From positions 1-56,247 of the forward strand of contig CAYQRN010000002.1 in assembly GCA_964419995.1 (NCBI GenBank): a DNA stretch of 56,247 bases, written 5' to 3'. Below, piece by piece: positions 34,050-43,896 of this stretch. The translations under genes were made by a program, and so were the position numbers. The stretch's first letter is position 1, and every line of letters begins with the position of its first letter. The notes below the pieces were generated by a model that was not told the origin of the DNA, searched no databases, and was given only the letters and a program-made list of their open reading frames with translations. This DNA comes from an uncultured Planctomycetia bacterium (GTDB lineage: Bacteria; Planctomycetota; GCA-002687715; CAYQRN01).

Positions 34050-35941
34050 GCTGCGGCCCGCCCGGCCCGGCGCCGCCGGGCGTCGGCGACCACGGCGGCC
34101 GGGAATCCTCGGCGGGCGAGGATCTCGATGGCGTTGCCCGTCCGCGCGACGCCATCGCTGAGAATGCGGGGAAACTCGAGCCGGTCGCCGGAAAGGACAT
34201 CCCGGAAGTGGACGTTGCGCGCGCGCCCGGGTCGCTCGGCGGCGAGGCCGGCGAACTCGGCGTCGTGGGTGGCGAGGAGGACGAGGGCGTCGCCGTCGAG
34301 CAGGTGGCGGACCACCGCCATGCCTGCGGAGACCCGTTCGGCGGCGTTCGTGCCCCGGAAGATCTCGTCGATGACCGCGAGGACGCCGGAACCGGCGCCG
34401 GCGGCGGCCAGGATAGATCCGACGCGTTCCACCTCGACCTCGAAGGTGCTCCTGCCATCGGCGAGGCGGTCCACGGCGATGATGTCGGTGAGGATCCGGA
34501 GGGGAGTGAGCCGGAGCCGCGCCGCGCGGACGGGAGCGCCGATCCCGGCGAGCAGGGCGTTGGAGGCCACCGCCCGGAGAAACGTCGATTTCCCGGCCAT
34601 GTTGCTACCGGTGATGACGAGGACCGTCGGGCCGTCTCCGAGAGTGAGGTCGTTGCCGACGGCGACTGAAGGGGGGAGGAGGGGGTGTCGGAGGTCCACG
34701 GCCTCGATGCGGGGTCGTTCGGCATCGAGGATCTCGGGCCAGATCGTGCCGGGGATCTCGTCCGCGGATCTGGCGAGAGATGCCATGGCCTCTACCTCGG
34801 CGGCGGCGCCGATGCCGGCCTCGAGGCCCGGTCCGAGATCGGCAAGCCTCCGGAGGCAGCGGCGGATCACGAGGACCTCGAAGAGGCAGAGCCAATTGGA
34901 CATGGGACCGAGGAGCCCCATGCGGTGGACGGCGAGGGTGCCCGCCAGGCGGCGAAGCCGGCCGTGCTCCGGGTGGTCTCGGAGCGCCTCGCGGGCAGAA
35001 CGGAGGAGCGGTGGAGCATCCGGGGCAGCGACGAGCCGCCTCACGGCTTCGTTGAGCCGGAGGGCGCCCGCGAGCGCGAGCAGACCGGATCGGGCCCGGA
35101 CGATCGTCGGGCCGTGGCGCGCGGCGACCGCGTGATTCGCGGCCATGGCGATCAGGGCCGCCGAGAAGAGGGCCGTCGACTGGAGCAGAACGGCCAGGAG
35201 CAGGAGCCCGGGAACGACCGGAGCGAGGAGAGGGGCGAGGGGCGCCGGGAGCCTGGGTTCGCCGGCCGGACGGGCAAGAAACGCAGGCAGCGTCGCGAGT
35301 TCCGTGCCGGAGGCCTCCTCGAAAGCCTGCTCGAGGCGATCGAGGATTTCCCGCCGGTCGAGCAGGTAGCGGGCGGCGTCCTGCCTCGCGCGGATTTCCG
35401 CCGGGTCGAGCGATGGGTGCGTAAGCCATCGCTCGATCCGGCGGCTGCCGAGGGGGCTTCGGCAGACGTCGGCGAGGCCCCGGAGGGTCCCCGGGCCGTC
35501 GAGAGCGCCGAGATCGTCGAGGGCCTGCGCATCCATGGCGTTCGAGACGGCTTCCGTTCGAAATACGGCGAGGCCGGCGTCGAGAGCCGAGGCGGGTTCG
35601 GGCGGAATGAGGCGGGTACGCGCGGACCGGCGGACCTCGCCGACGCGGGATTCGCGGGCGTCGATGAGCCTCAGGATCAGGCGGTCGCGGCCGAGCTTGC
35701 GCAGGACAGGCTGGTGCAGGACGACCAGGACCGCGAATACCCCGAGAGAGGGGAGGGCGAGTCCCGACATGAAGATCGGATCCTGGGTGGCCGCCGAAGC
35801 GAGGGTGCCACCGAAGCACGCCGCGAAGGCGAGGAGGCGGAGGCTCTCGAAGATCCGGCTACTCCGGAGGCGAAGTCCCATCCGCGCGGCGACGCGGCGG
35901 CGCGGGGGGTCCGGGGGGGTGGCGGATGGCCTCCTGGGCAT
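34013..35941 (-). CDS. MutS-related ATPase (domain V only) with N-terminal transmembrane helices
   Basis: Walker A is 'VITGSNMAGKSTFLRAV' and Walker B 'AVIDEIFRGTNAAER', followed by 'LATHD'. The N-terminal hydrophobic segments are 'LRLLAFAACFGGTLASAA' and 'LALPSLGVFAVLVVL'. The 1262-aa track ORF was trimmed to the ATG at 35941 (alternative at 35881) because its upstream part is antisense to the OM barrel gene. Confidence 0.75.
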   Translation of the reverse strand: MPRRPSATPPDPPRRRVAARMGLRLRSSRIFESLRLLAFAACFGGTLASAATQDPIFMSGLALPSLGVFAVLVVLHQPVLRKLGRDRLILRLIDARESRVGEVRRSARTRLIPPEPASALDAGLAVFRTEAVSNAMDAQALDDLGALDGPGTLRGLADVCRSPLGSRRIERWLTHPSLDPAEIRARQDAARYLLDRREILDRLEQAFEEASGTELATLPAFLARPAGEPRLPAPLAPLLAPVVPGLLLLAVLLQSTALFSAALIAMAANHAVAARHGPTIVRARSGLLALAGALRLNEAVRRLVAAPDAPPLLRSAREALRDHPEHGRLRRLAGTLAVHRMGLLGPMSNWLCLFEVLVIRRCLRRLADLGPGLEAGIGAAAEVEAMASLARSADEIPGTIWPEILDAERPRIEAVDLRHPLLPPSVAVGNDLTLGDGPTVLVITGSNMAGKSTFLRAVASNALLAGIGAPVRAARLRLTPLRILTDIIAVDRLADGRSTFEVEVERVGSILAAAGAGSGVLAVIDEIFRGTNAAERVSAGMAVVRHLLDGDALVLLATHDAEFAGLAAERPGRARNVHFRDVLSGDRLEFPRILSDGVARTGNAIEILARRGFPAAVVADARRRRAGRAAAQPSDGASPGAT

Positions 35942-36238
35942 GTCGCATGATGCCCCGGGGAACGCCCTGCAGAAGCGGTCGTTTCGCGACGGCCGCTGCG
36001 GCGGATCGGATGCCCTTGCGGAGTCGCATGATAGGCGCTGGCGATACGACCTGGATGGCCGCCCGATAGCAATTGTCGTGCCAAAAGGTTGGGATCGACG
36101 CCTTGGAATGGAATGGCAGGGATGGTGGGTCGCCGGAAGCCCTTGCGTGGGTGGGAAGACCCTCTTATGCTCTCGACCAACTTTTCTGTGGAAAGTGGAA
36201 ACAGTCGCTCTTTCCGCATGCCCCCAAGGTGGAGGACT

Positions 36239-38050
36239 ATGCTGATGAGTCATGTGAAGTTCGTGGCGGGGATTCTGGCTCTGGCGGCGATCGTCTCGCC
36301 GGCCACGCTCGGCCAGTCGCCGCAGGAGCATCAGAAGAAGATCGATGACCTGAGCCGGAGGCTCGACCAGGTCCTGAAGGAGCAGGAGGCCCTGAAGGCC
36401 GCCCTTGCATCCCGGGACACCGAGCTCCAGGCGGCCCAGGCCTCCCAGAAGGACGAGGCGCTCGAGAGCTACATCAGCTCCCTGTCCGAGCGGCTCGCGG
36501 GCCCGGGCACGACGGTCAAGTCCGTGGCCTCGCCCATCACGTTCACGGGCGAGTTCCGGGTCCGCACGGGCTGGACCCTCGACCGGAACTTCGGCGAGCC
36601 GAACGGCATCCTCTCGGCCGGGGCCGGCCTTCTCGGGATCATCCTGAAGGGCTTCGAGTTCCCTGAGCTGGACGGCGGGTACTACAAGTCCACGAAGGCG
36701 GAGTACTTCTTCGCCACGCTGGCGTCCCTCGCGGCCGCCATCGTGGATGACGACGCCATCGACGACGAGGACCACGACGACGACGGCCAGTTCACGGAAG
36801 CCCGCTTCCGGATCGGCCTCCAGTTCGACCTCGCGAAGGACGTGACCACGTACTTCGAGCTCCAGGCCTACGGCGTCTACGACAACGGCGTCACGCCCTA
36901 CCCGAGCACGACGACGCCCTTCAACGACGTCACCGACGGCCTCTCCGAGGTGGACCTCTACCAGGGCTACATCCGGATGTCCAACCTCTTCAACCGTCCG
37001 GAGTTCTCGAGCACGGCCGGCCGCCAGGAGATCACTCTCGGCAACGAGTTCCAGTTCGGGAACAACGACTTCTTCAACGGCGAGAGCTTCGACGGCGTCC
37101 GGTACGACTGGAACAGCGAGTCCTTCTCCCTCACGGGGATGGCCCTCACCCTCCAGTCGCACACGTTCCACGACGGCTTCAAGGTCCGGTATCCCGATCC
37201 GATCACGGGCTACGACGACGACATGATGTACTCGCTGTACCTCACGCTTAAGGTCATCGAGCATCACGAGATCGATCTCTACTGGATCTACCTCAACGGC
37301 CACTCGCCGGCGTTCGGCTCCTTCGGGACCGAGGGCGGTATCCGCAGCAACTACCTCCTCGAGGGACTGTTCAATACGGCCTACTACCACACGGTCGGTG
37401 GTCGTATCGGCGGGACCTTCCCGAGCGTGGCGGCGGGGCTTGACTGGAACGTCGAGGCGGCCTTCCAGTTCGGCGATACGAAGGACGTCCTCGGCATCCC
37501 GGGCACGTCGCAGGACGTGGACGGCTGGACCATCGAGGCCGAGGTCGGACTCATGTTCCAGGGCGCGGCCCACTTCCGCGTGTTCGGCCGCTTCCTCTTC
37601 GCGGACGGCGGCGACATGTTCGGGCAGGACACGGGCTACATCCCGCTCTTCCCCGAGCGCCACAGCCAGACGGGCTACCGGGCCCGCTACGGCATCTTCG
37701 ACATCATCCCGATGTCGAACGTCATCACGGGCCAGCTCGGCATCACCTTCGATCCGGATCCCGCCTGGACCATCGGCCTCACCGGCCTGTGGGCGGCTCA
37801 CGATCAGAACGTGATCACGGGCTTCGACGACTTCGGGTTCATCACGACGGACTACGGCATCGGCTGGGAAGCGGACGCGTTCATCGAGTACCGCTACTCT
37901 CCGCAGACGACCCTGTCCCTCGGCCTCGCGGTCTTCTTCCCGAACGACGGCGCGCCTCTCGCGGGCTTCTTCCCGCTCGAGCGCATCGTCGGGACCAACG
38001 AGGACGACGTGGCGTTCATGGCCTACCTGCAGGCCGAGGTCGTGTTCTAA
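36239..38050 (+). CDS. outer-membrane beta-barrel (alginate-export/porin-like) with an N-terminal coiled coil
   Basis: The ATG at 36239 follows GGAGG and opens with the signal peptide 'MLMSHVKFVAGILALAAIVSPATLGQ'. The heptad segment is 'QKKIDDLSRRLDQVLKEQEALKAALASRDTELQAAQ'. 'AGRQEITLGNEFQFGNNDFFNGESFDGVRYDW' is alginate_exp-like. Amphipathic strands alternate, and the C-terminus 'YLQAEVVF' ends in Phe. Confidence 0.75.
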   Translation: MLMSHVKFVAGILALAAIVSPATLGQSPQEHQKKIDDLSRRLDQVLKEQEALKAALASRDTELQAAQASQKDEALESYISSLSERLAGPGTTVKSVASPITFTGEFRVRTGWTLDRNFGEPNGILSAGAGLLGIILKGFEFPELDGGYYKSTKAEYFFATLASLAAAIVDDDAIDDEDHDDDGQFTEARFRIGLQFDLAKDVTTYFELQAYGVYDNGVTPYPSTTTPFNDVTDGLSEVDLYQGYIRMSNLFNRPEFSSTAGRQEITLGNEFQFGNNDFFNGESFDGVRYDWNSESFSLTGMALTLQSHTFHDGFKVRYPDPITGYDDDMMYSLYLTLKVIEHHEIDLYWIYLNGHSPAFGSFGTEGGIRSNYLLEGLFNTAYYHTVGGRIGGTFPSVAAGLDWNVEAAFQFGDTKDVLGIPGTSQDVDGWTIEAEVGLMFQGAAHFRVFGRFLFADGGDMFGQDTGYIPLFPERHSQTGYRARYGIFDIIPMSNVITGQLGITFDPDPAWTIGLTGLWAAHDQNVITGFDDFGFITTDYGIGWEADAFIEYRYSPQTTLSLGLAVFFPNDGAPLAGFFPLERIVGTNEDDVAFMAYLQAEVVF

Positions 38051-38153
38051 CCGGGCTCAGGAAAGAGAGCACCGCCAAGCGGGGGCCGGACGTCTCCGGC
38101 CTCCGTGGAATCAGGGCGGGGGGCATCCCCGACTCCTTCCACGAATCCACGCA

Positions 38154-38187
38154 CGCCGGGGCCCAGGGGGCCCCGGCGTGTTTTATT
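38154..38187 (+). terminator. rho-independent terminator after the OM barrel gene
   Basis: A 10-bp GC stem (CGCCGGGGCC 38154-38163 pairing with GGCCCCGGCG 38169-38178) with a 5-nt loop is followed by TGTTTTATT. Confidence 0.6.
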
Positions 38188-38243
38188 GGGCCAGCCTGAA
38201 GCCTGTCGCTTGCGGGCGGAATCGCCCGCCGGGAAACCAAGAC

Positions 38244-41200
38244 ATGCCGTTCGCCGAACCGCTCAAGGACCCCTCCTTCCCGCGGATCGAGGAATCGGTC
38301 CTCGCCTTCTGGCGCCGGGAGAACATCTTTCACCGGAGTCTCGAAGCGACCCGAAACGGTGAACCGTTCGTCTTCTACGACGGTCCGCCCTTCGCCACAG
38401 GGCTTCCGCACTACGGGCACCTCCTCCAGAGCGCCTTGAAGGACATCGTGCCCCGGTACTGGACGATGCGAGGCCGGTTCGTGGATCGTCGCTTCGGCTG
38501 GGACACCCACGGTCTCCCGATCGAGATGGAGATCGAGAAGGACCTCGGCTTGAAGGGGGCCGCCGACATCCGGGCCTTCGGAATCGACCGGTTCAACGAG
38601 GCCTGCCGGGGGACGGTCCTTCGCTACGCCGGCGAGTGGCGGCAGACGATCGAGCGCCTCGGTCGCTGGGTCGACTTCGACCGCGACTACAAGACCATGA
38701 CGCCGGAGTTCATGGAGAGCGTCTGGTGGGTCTTCCGGACTCTCTATGACCGGGGACTCCTCTACCGGGGCAAGAAGGTCATGCCCTACTCCTGGCGGCT
38801 CGCCACCCCCCTCTCGAATTTCGAAGCGGGGCTCGACTACCGGTCCGTGCAGGACCCCGCCGTCACCGTGAAGTTCCGGCGCGCTGGGATGTCGAACGAG
38901 TGGTTCCTCGCCTTCACGACCACGCCCTGGACCCTTCCCTCGAATCTCGGCCTCGCCGTGAAACCCGATGCCGACTACGTCCGGGTCGCCGTCGGCGACG
39001 GTGTCTTCGTCCTCGCCGCCGCCCGGCTCACGGAAGTCCTCGGTGAGGGCTCCGGTGCCGTCCTCGCCACGCTCCGCGGCGCGGACCTGGTGGGCGAGCG
39101 GTACGAACCAGTCCTCCCCTGGTTCGCGGGCGAAGCGGATCGCGGCGCCTTCCGCGTGATCCCCGCGGACTTCGTGACCCTGTCCGAGGGGACCGGCATC
39201 GTCCATCTTGCCCCCGCCTTCGGCGAGGATGACTTCCTCGCCTGCCGCAGCGCCGGCCTCCCCTTCGTCGATCCCGTGGACGACGGAGGCCGCTTCACTG
39301 CGGCGGCACCGGAGCTCGAGGGGCTCTTCGTGAAGGACGCGGACCGCGTCATCCTGAAGCGCCTCAAGGCCGAGGGCCGGATCCTCCGCCACGGCACGCT
39401 CGTCCACGAGTATCCGTACTGCTGGCGGAGCGACACGCCGCTCATCTACAAGGCCGTGGACACGTGGTTCGTCGCCGTCGAACGCCTCCGGGAGCGGCTG
39501 GTCGCCAACAACGCCCTCATCCACTGGGTGCCGGAGGCCGTGGGCAGCCGTCGGTTCGGAAACTGGCTCGAGGGGGCCAGGGACTGGGCCATCTCGCGGA
39601 ACCGGTTTTGGGGCACGCCCATCCCCGTCTGGCGCTGCGGCGCGTGCGGCCGGGAAACCTGCGTGGGGTCCCGGGGAGAGCTCGAGACCCTGGCCGGCGT
39701 GCCGGTCGATGACCTCCATTCCCATCGGATCGACGGCCTGGCCATCCCGTGCGGCGGCTGCGGCGGCCGGATGGCGAGGGTGTCCGAGGTCCTCGACTGC
39801 TGGTTCGAATCAGGCGCCATGCCCTACGCCCAGGGGCACTACCCATTCGAGGGCCGAGAGGCCTTCGAGCGGTCCTTCCCGGCCGACTTCATCGGCGAGG
39901 CTCTCGACCAGACCCGGGGGTGGTTCTACACGCTGCTCGTGCTGTCCACGGCGCTCTTCGACCGGCCGGCCTTCCGCAACTGCGTCGTGACCGGGCTCAT
40001 CCTCGCCGAGGACGGCTCGAAGATGAGCAAGCGGAAGAAGAACTACCCGCCCCCGGAGACCATTCTCGGCGCCGTGGGCGCCGACGCCCTCCGGACCTTC
40101 CTCGTGAACAGCCCCGTCATGAAGGGCGAGCCCGTGCGCTTCTCCGAGGCGGGGGTGCGGGACGTGGTCCGCGCCGTGATCCTGCCCCTCTGGAACGCAT
40201 ACTCGTTCTTCGCCACCTACGCGCGGACGGACGGCTGGCTGCCGGACCCCGCAGTTCCGCTGCCGCGCCCGCCGAGGGTCGAAGGGGAGCTCGACCGCTG
40301 GATCCTGTCGCGGCTGTCGACTCTTCTCGGCGACGTGACGCGGGAGATGGAACGCTACGACCTGAGCCGGACCATCCCGCCGCTCCTCCGCTTCATCGAC
40401 GAGCTCACGAACTGGTACATCCGACGGTCCCGGAGGAGGTTCTGGAAGTCCGAGGACGATTCCGACCGGCGGTCCGCCTTCGAGACCCTCTACTACACTC
40501 TCACGACGCTGGTCCGAGCTCTCGCGCCCATCATGCCGTTCATCACGGAGCACCTCTATCGGGAGCTCGTCGTCGCCGTGACTCCCGGCGCGCCGCCATC
40601 CGTCCATCTGACGTCCTATCCGCAGCCCGAGGGCGGATTCTCCGATCCCCGCCTCGAGTCGGAAATGGACCTTGTCGCCAGAGCCGTGAGCCTGGGGCGG
40701 AGCCTCCGGACCGAGCAGAGGATCCGCGTCCGGCAACCGCTTCCATCCCTGAGCGTCGTGGCGCCGGACGCCGCCGGCCGGGCCGCCCTCGAGCGCCTCG
40801 CGGAGCACGTCCGGGAGGAGCTCAACGTCAAGGAGTTCATGGTTCTCGAGGACGAAACGGAACTCGTGACGCTCACCGCGCGGCCGAACTTCAAGGTCCT
40901 CGGACCGCGTCTCGGCCCGCGGCTCCAGGGCGTGGCCCGGCGCATCGAGGCCCTGGGGGCGGCCGACGTCCGCCGCATCGCAGCAGGGGGAACCGTGGAG
41001 ATCGAAGGCGAGACGTTCGGCCCCGCGGAGATCGTCATCCACCGCCGGGAGAGGACCGGCCGAGTGGTCGGTACGGACGGGGCGCTGACGGTGGCCCTCG
41101 ACACAACGATCACCCCCGCGCTTCGTCTCGAGGGCATCGCGAGGGAGCTCGTGAACCGGATCCAGAACCTCCGGAAGGACGCGGGTCTGGCCGTGTCGGA

Positions 41201-41378
41201 CCGGATCCGCCTCGTCCTGGAAGGCGACGAGGATGTGCGTGAGGCCATCCGCGCCCACGGGGCCTTCGTGGCGGAGGAAACCCTCGCGACCCTCGTGAAC
41301 GCGCTGCCGGACGCCGGTCCTGTCCTCGACGCCGACATCGACGGACGGCCCGTGCGGATCTCCATCGGGAAGATCTGA
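38244..41378 (+). CDS. ileS: isoleucine--tRNA ligase (type 2)
   Basis: 'FVFYDGPPFATGLPHYGHLL' is the HIGH motif and 'DGSKMSKRKKNYPPP' the KMSKS motif. The CP1 editing region and long C-terminal extension are present, at 1044 aa from the ATG at 38244. Confidence 0.95.
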   Translation: MPFAEPLKDPSFPRIEESVLAFWRRENIFHRSLEATRNGEPFVFYDGPPFATGLPHYGHLLQSALKDIVPRYWTMRGRFVDRRFGWDTHGLPIEMEIEKDLGLKGAADIRAFGIDRFNEACRGTVLRYAGEWRQTIERLGRWVDFDRDYKTMTPEFMESVWWVFRTLYDRGLLYRGKKVMPYSWRLATPLSNFEAGLDYRSVQDPAVTVKFRRAGMSNEWFLAFTTTPWTLPSNLGLAVKPDADYVRVAVGDGVFVLAAARLTEVLGEGSGAVLATLRGADLVGERYEPVLPWFAGEADRGAFRVIPADFVTLSEGTGIVHLAPAFGEDDFLACRSAGLPFVDPVDDGGRFTAAAPELEGLFVKDADRVILKRLKAEGRILRHGTLVHEYPYCWRSDTPLIYKAVDTWFVAVERLRERLVANNALIHWVPEAVGSRRFGNWLEGARDWAISRNRFWGTPIPVWRCGACGRETCVGSRGELETLAGVPVDDLHSHRIDGLAIPCGGCGGRMARVSEVLDCWFESGAMPYAQGHYPFEGREAFERSFPADFIGEALDQTRGWFYTLLVLSTALFDRPAFRNCVVTGLILAEDGSKMSKRKKNYPPPETILGAVGADALRTFLVNSPVMKGEPVRFSEAGVRDVVRAVILPLWNAYSFFATYARTDGWLPDPAVPLPRPPRVEGELDRWILSRLSTLLGDVTREMERYDLSRTIPPLLRFIDELTNWYIRRSRRRFWKSEDDSDRRSAFETLYYTLTTLVRALAPIMPFITEHLYRELVVAVTPGAPPSVHLTSYPQPEGGFSDPRLESEMDLVARAVSLGRSLRTEQRIRVRQPLPSLSVVAPDAAGRAALERLAEHVREELNVKEFMVLEDETELVTLTARPNFKVLGPRLGPRLQGVARRIEALGAADVRRIAAGGTVEIEGETFGPAEIVIHRRERTGRVVGTDGALTVALDTTITPALRLEGIARELVNRIQNLRKDAGLAVSDRIRLVLEGDEDVREAIRAHGAFVAEETLATLVNALPDAGPVLDADIDGRPVRISIGKI

Positions 41379-41427
41379 AACCGTTTCGGCATGGGACGTT
41401 GCCGGCGGCGCTGTTAGGATCGGGAGC

Positions 41428-41895
41428 ATGGTGCGATTCCCATGGCGGCGAACTGTGAAGGTGGAGAACCCGCTTTTCATCTCCGTTCCGGCTGACGCGC
41501 GCTACCTCCGGTGCATCCGGGGGTTCCTGATGCCGCTCTTCGAAGGCCGGTTCTCCGAGAAGTGCGCGGGCGATCTCATCCTGGCGGTGGACGAAGCCTG
41601 TGCGAACAGCATCAAGCACGGCCGAGCGAAGGTCGCCGGAAACCGCGTCCAGGTCCTCGTGCTCCTCGACGCCGACCGGATGGAGATCCGCATCGAGGAC
41701 TTCTGCGGCGCGAAGGACGTGGAGAAGATCCGGCCGAGGGAGCTCTCGGAGGTGAGGCCCGGAGGTCTCGGAACGCATTTCATCAACGCGATCATGGATG
41801 AGGTCCGCTTCGTGCCGGATGACGGAGCACCCGGGCGGATGGCCCTCGTCATGATCAAGCGCGGAGGCAAGACGCGGGATGAAGCTCAAGGTTGA
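41428..41895 (+). CDS. RsbW/SpoIIAB-like serine protein kinase (HATPase_c anti-sigma-type)
   Basis: The N-box is 'AVDEACANSIKHG' and the G-box region 'IEDFCG ... VRPGGLGTHFINAIMDEVRF'. The 155-aa length is typical of partner-switching kinases. Confidence 0.75.
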   Translation: MVRFPWRRTVKVENPLFISVPADARYLRCIRGFLMPLFEGRFSEKCAGDLILAVDEACANSIKHGRAKVAGNRVQVLVLLDADRMEIRIEDFCGAKDVEKIRPRELSEVRPGGLGTHFINAIMDEVRFVPDDGAPGRMALVMIKRGGKTRDEAQG

Positions 41896-42202
41896 GCCGA
41901 AGTCGCTGCCCGAGGGCGCGCTGTGTCTCGATGTGACCGGCGAGGTGGACATGGACTCCTCGCCGGAGCTCGAGAGGGAGCTGAAGGATGCGATCAAGAA
42001 GAAGCCGAGGCGTCTCGACGTCCGCCTCTTCGACGTCCGGTACATCGACAGCTCGGGCATTGCCGTGCTCATCCAGGCCGAGCGGCTTTGCCGGAACAAG
42101 ATCCCGCTCCGCCTCGTCGATCTGTCGCCGTCCGTGAAGGGCGTCATCGAGCTTGCCAAGCTCGCCACGTTCTTCCAGATCGGCGACTCCCGGGTGCCCT
42201 GA
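41879..42202 (+). CDS. STAS-domain protein (anti-sigma antagonist / MlaB-like)
   Basis: 'LDVTGEVDMDSSPELERELKDAI...RLFDVRYIDSSGIAVLIQAERLC..IPLRLVDLSPSVKGVIELAKL' has the SpoIIAA/RsbV topology with a 'DSSG' motif. It overlaps the kinase gene by 17 nt and ends 1 nt before the mlaE-like start. Confidence 0.75.
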   Translation: MKLKVEPKSLPEGALCLDVTGEVDMDSSPELERELKDAIKKKPRRLDVRLFDVRYIDSSGIAVLIQAERLCRNKIPLRLVDLSPSVKGVIELAKLATFFQIGDSRVP

Positions 42203-42203
42203 G

Positions 42204-43031
42204 TTGATCGGCGCGGTCGGACAACGCTTTCGAGGGCTGGCCGGTGCCTTTGGCGAGCCTCTGGTTCGCCTGACGGGGGACGCGGCGAGCCTCTGGAGCC
42301 TCTTCCGGCAGACCGTGGTCTGGTCCACGGTCATGCCGCTCCGCGGCAGGACGCGCCTCGTCGGCCACGTCCTTCCCCTCATGCACGCCATCGGGGTCCG
42401 GAGCCTCTATATCGTCGGCCTGATCTCGTTCCTCATCGGCGCCATCCTCGTCCTTCAGACGGCCTACATCCTGGCCCAGTACGGGCAGATCGAGCTGGTT
42501 CCGAAGGGCGTGGCCATCTCCATCACGCGCGAGCTCGGCCCCCTCATGACCGCCATCGTGATCACGGGGCGTATCGGCGCCGCGTTCACCGCTGGCCTCG
42601 GCAGCATGAAGATCAACGAGGAGATCCTCGCCCTCGAGACCATGGCGATCCACCCGGTCGGCTACCTGGTGGCGCCCCGCTTCATCGCGATGACGGTCAT
42701 GATGCCCTGCCTCACCGCCTTCTCCTACTTCGTCGGCATGGCGGGCGGCCTCATCATCGGCATGACGATGTTCGAGCTCTCCTTCACGGGCTACGTGAGA
42801 ACGTCCCTCGACGCTCTGCTCATCAAGGACGTCCTCTCCGGTCTCGTGAAGAGCGTGATCTTCGGGACGATCATCACGATGGTCGCCTGCTTCCAGGGAA
42901 TGGCGGTGGACGCCGAGCAGGGGCCCGAGGGCGTGGGTCGCAACACGATGGTCTCCGTGGTGACTTGCCTCGTCGTCATCGTTCTGGCCGACTTCATCGT
43001 GACCGGCGTCATGACGACCTACTTCCCGTGA
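42204..43031 (+). CDS. mlaE: MlaE-family ABC transporter permease
   Basis: 'SLYIVGLISFLIGAILVLQTAYILAQYGQIELVPKGVAISITRELGPLMTAIVITGRIGAAFTAGLGSMKINEEILALETMAIHP' matches the MlaE/TGD1 core. The likely start is the TTG at 42204; the track start at 42153 overlaps the STAS gene. Confidence 0.8.
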   Translation: MIGAVGQRFRGLAGAFGEPLVRLTGDAASLWSLFRQTVVWSTVMPLRGRTRLVGHVLPLMHAIGVRSLYIVGLISFLIGAILVLQTAYILAQYGQIELVPKGVAISITRELGPLMTAIVITGRIGAAFTAGLGSMKINEEILALETMAIHPVGYLVAPRFIAMTVMMPCLTAFSYFVGMAGGLIIGMTMFELSFTGYVRTSLDALLIKDVLSGLVKSVIFGTIITMVACFQGMAVDAEQGPEGVGRNTMVSVVTCLVVIVLADFIVTGVMTTYFP

Positions 43032-43038
43032 GGCGGCC

Positions 43039-43896
43039 ATGACCCAGACGACGTCGTCCATTCCCATCGGCCCTCTGGGCTCGGGCGACACCGAGGACGA
43101 CCGCGAGATCATGGTCGAGTGCCGTGACGTCCGGATGCGCTTCGGGACCCAGGAGGTGCTGAAGGGGATTTCGTTCAAGGTGCGCCAGGGCGAGACCATC
43201 TGCATCCTCGGCGGGTCGGGCGGCGGGAAGACGACGCTCCTCAAGATCCTCATCGGGGCCCAGCGGCCCACGTCGGGCCAGGTTCTTCTCCGGGGACAGG
43301 ACATCGGGAAGGCCACCGAGGCGGAGCTCGACCGCATCCGCCGCCAGTTCGGCGTCCTCTTCCAGTCGGGAGCCCTCCTCAACTCGCTCACCGTGGCCGA
43401 GAACGTCGCTCTCCCCCTCATCTATCACACGAAGTCCTCGAAGGACGTTGTCAGCCTCATCGTGAAGATGAAGCTCGAGTCCGTGAACCTCCGCGAACAC
43501 CGGCACAAGATGCCCGCGGAGATCTCGGGCGGCATGAAGAAGCGCGCGGGCATCGCCCGGGCCATCGCCCTCGACCCGCGCATCGTGTTCTACGACGAGC
43601 CCTCAGCGGGTCTCGACCCCGTCGCGACTGCGGAGGTGGACTACCTCATCCGTGAGCTCAAGGAGAAGCTCGGGATGACCTCGGTCGTCGTCACCCACGT
43701 CATGGAGAGCGTCCGTCGCATCGCGGACCGCATCGTGATGCTGGACCGGGGACGGGTGCTGCTGAACGGGACGCTCGCGGACTTCCTTGCGGCGACGGAG
43801 CCGAAGATCGTGAACTTCCGCGAAGGACAGGTTCCGGACGAGCGGGACCAGGTGAAGAAGAAACAGGACTACGAGAAAGACCTGCTCATGATGTGA
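43039..43896 (+). CDS. mlaF: MlaF-family ABC transporter ATP-binding protein
   Basis: Walker A is 'GGSGGGKTT', the Q-loop 'FGVLFQSGAL', the signature 'ISGGMKKRAGIARA' and Walker B 'IVFYDEPSAGLD'. Confidence 0.85.
   Translation: MTQTTSSIPIGPLGSGDTEDDREIMVECRDVRMRFGTQEVLKGISFKVRQGETICILGGSGGGKTTLLKILIGAQRPTSGQVLLRGQDIGKATEAELDRIRRQFGVLFQSGALLNSLTVAENVALPLIYHTKSSKDVVSLIVKMKLESVNLREHRHKMPAEISGGMKKRAGIARAIALDPRIVFYDEPSAGLDPVATAEVDYLIRELKEKLGMTSVVVTHVMESVRRIADRIVMLDRGRVLLNGTLADFLAATEPKIVNFREGQVPDERDQVKKKQDYEKDLLMM

Noticed and set aside
35942-36031. 10-bp direct repeat GTCGCATGAT (35942-35951 and 36022-36031) in the mutS-like/barrel divergent region as a distinct regulatory element.
   Set aside because: A single pair of short repeats could be chance, and one copy overlaps the start codon region. 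It is mentioned only as context, not called as a feature.
34013-37801. 1262-aa minus-strand ORF as a single giant gene.
   Set aside because: Only the part from 35941 downward has MutS-like and TM features. The upstream 620 codons are antisense to a well-supported OM barrel gene (signal peptide, RBS, terminal Phe, terminator) and look like shadow sequence.
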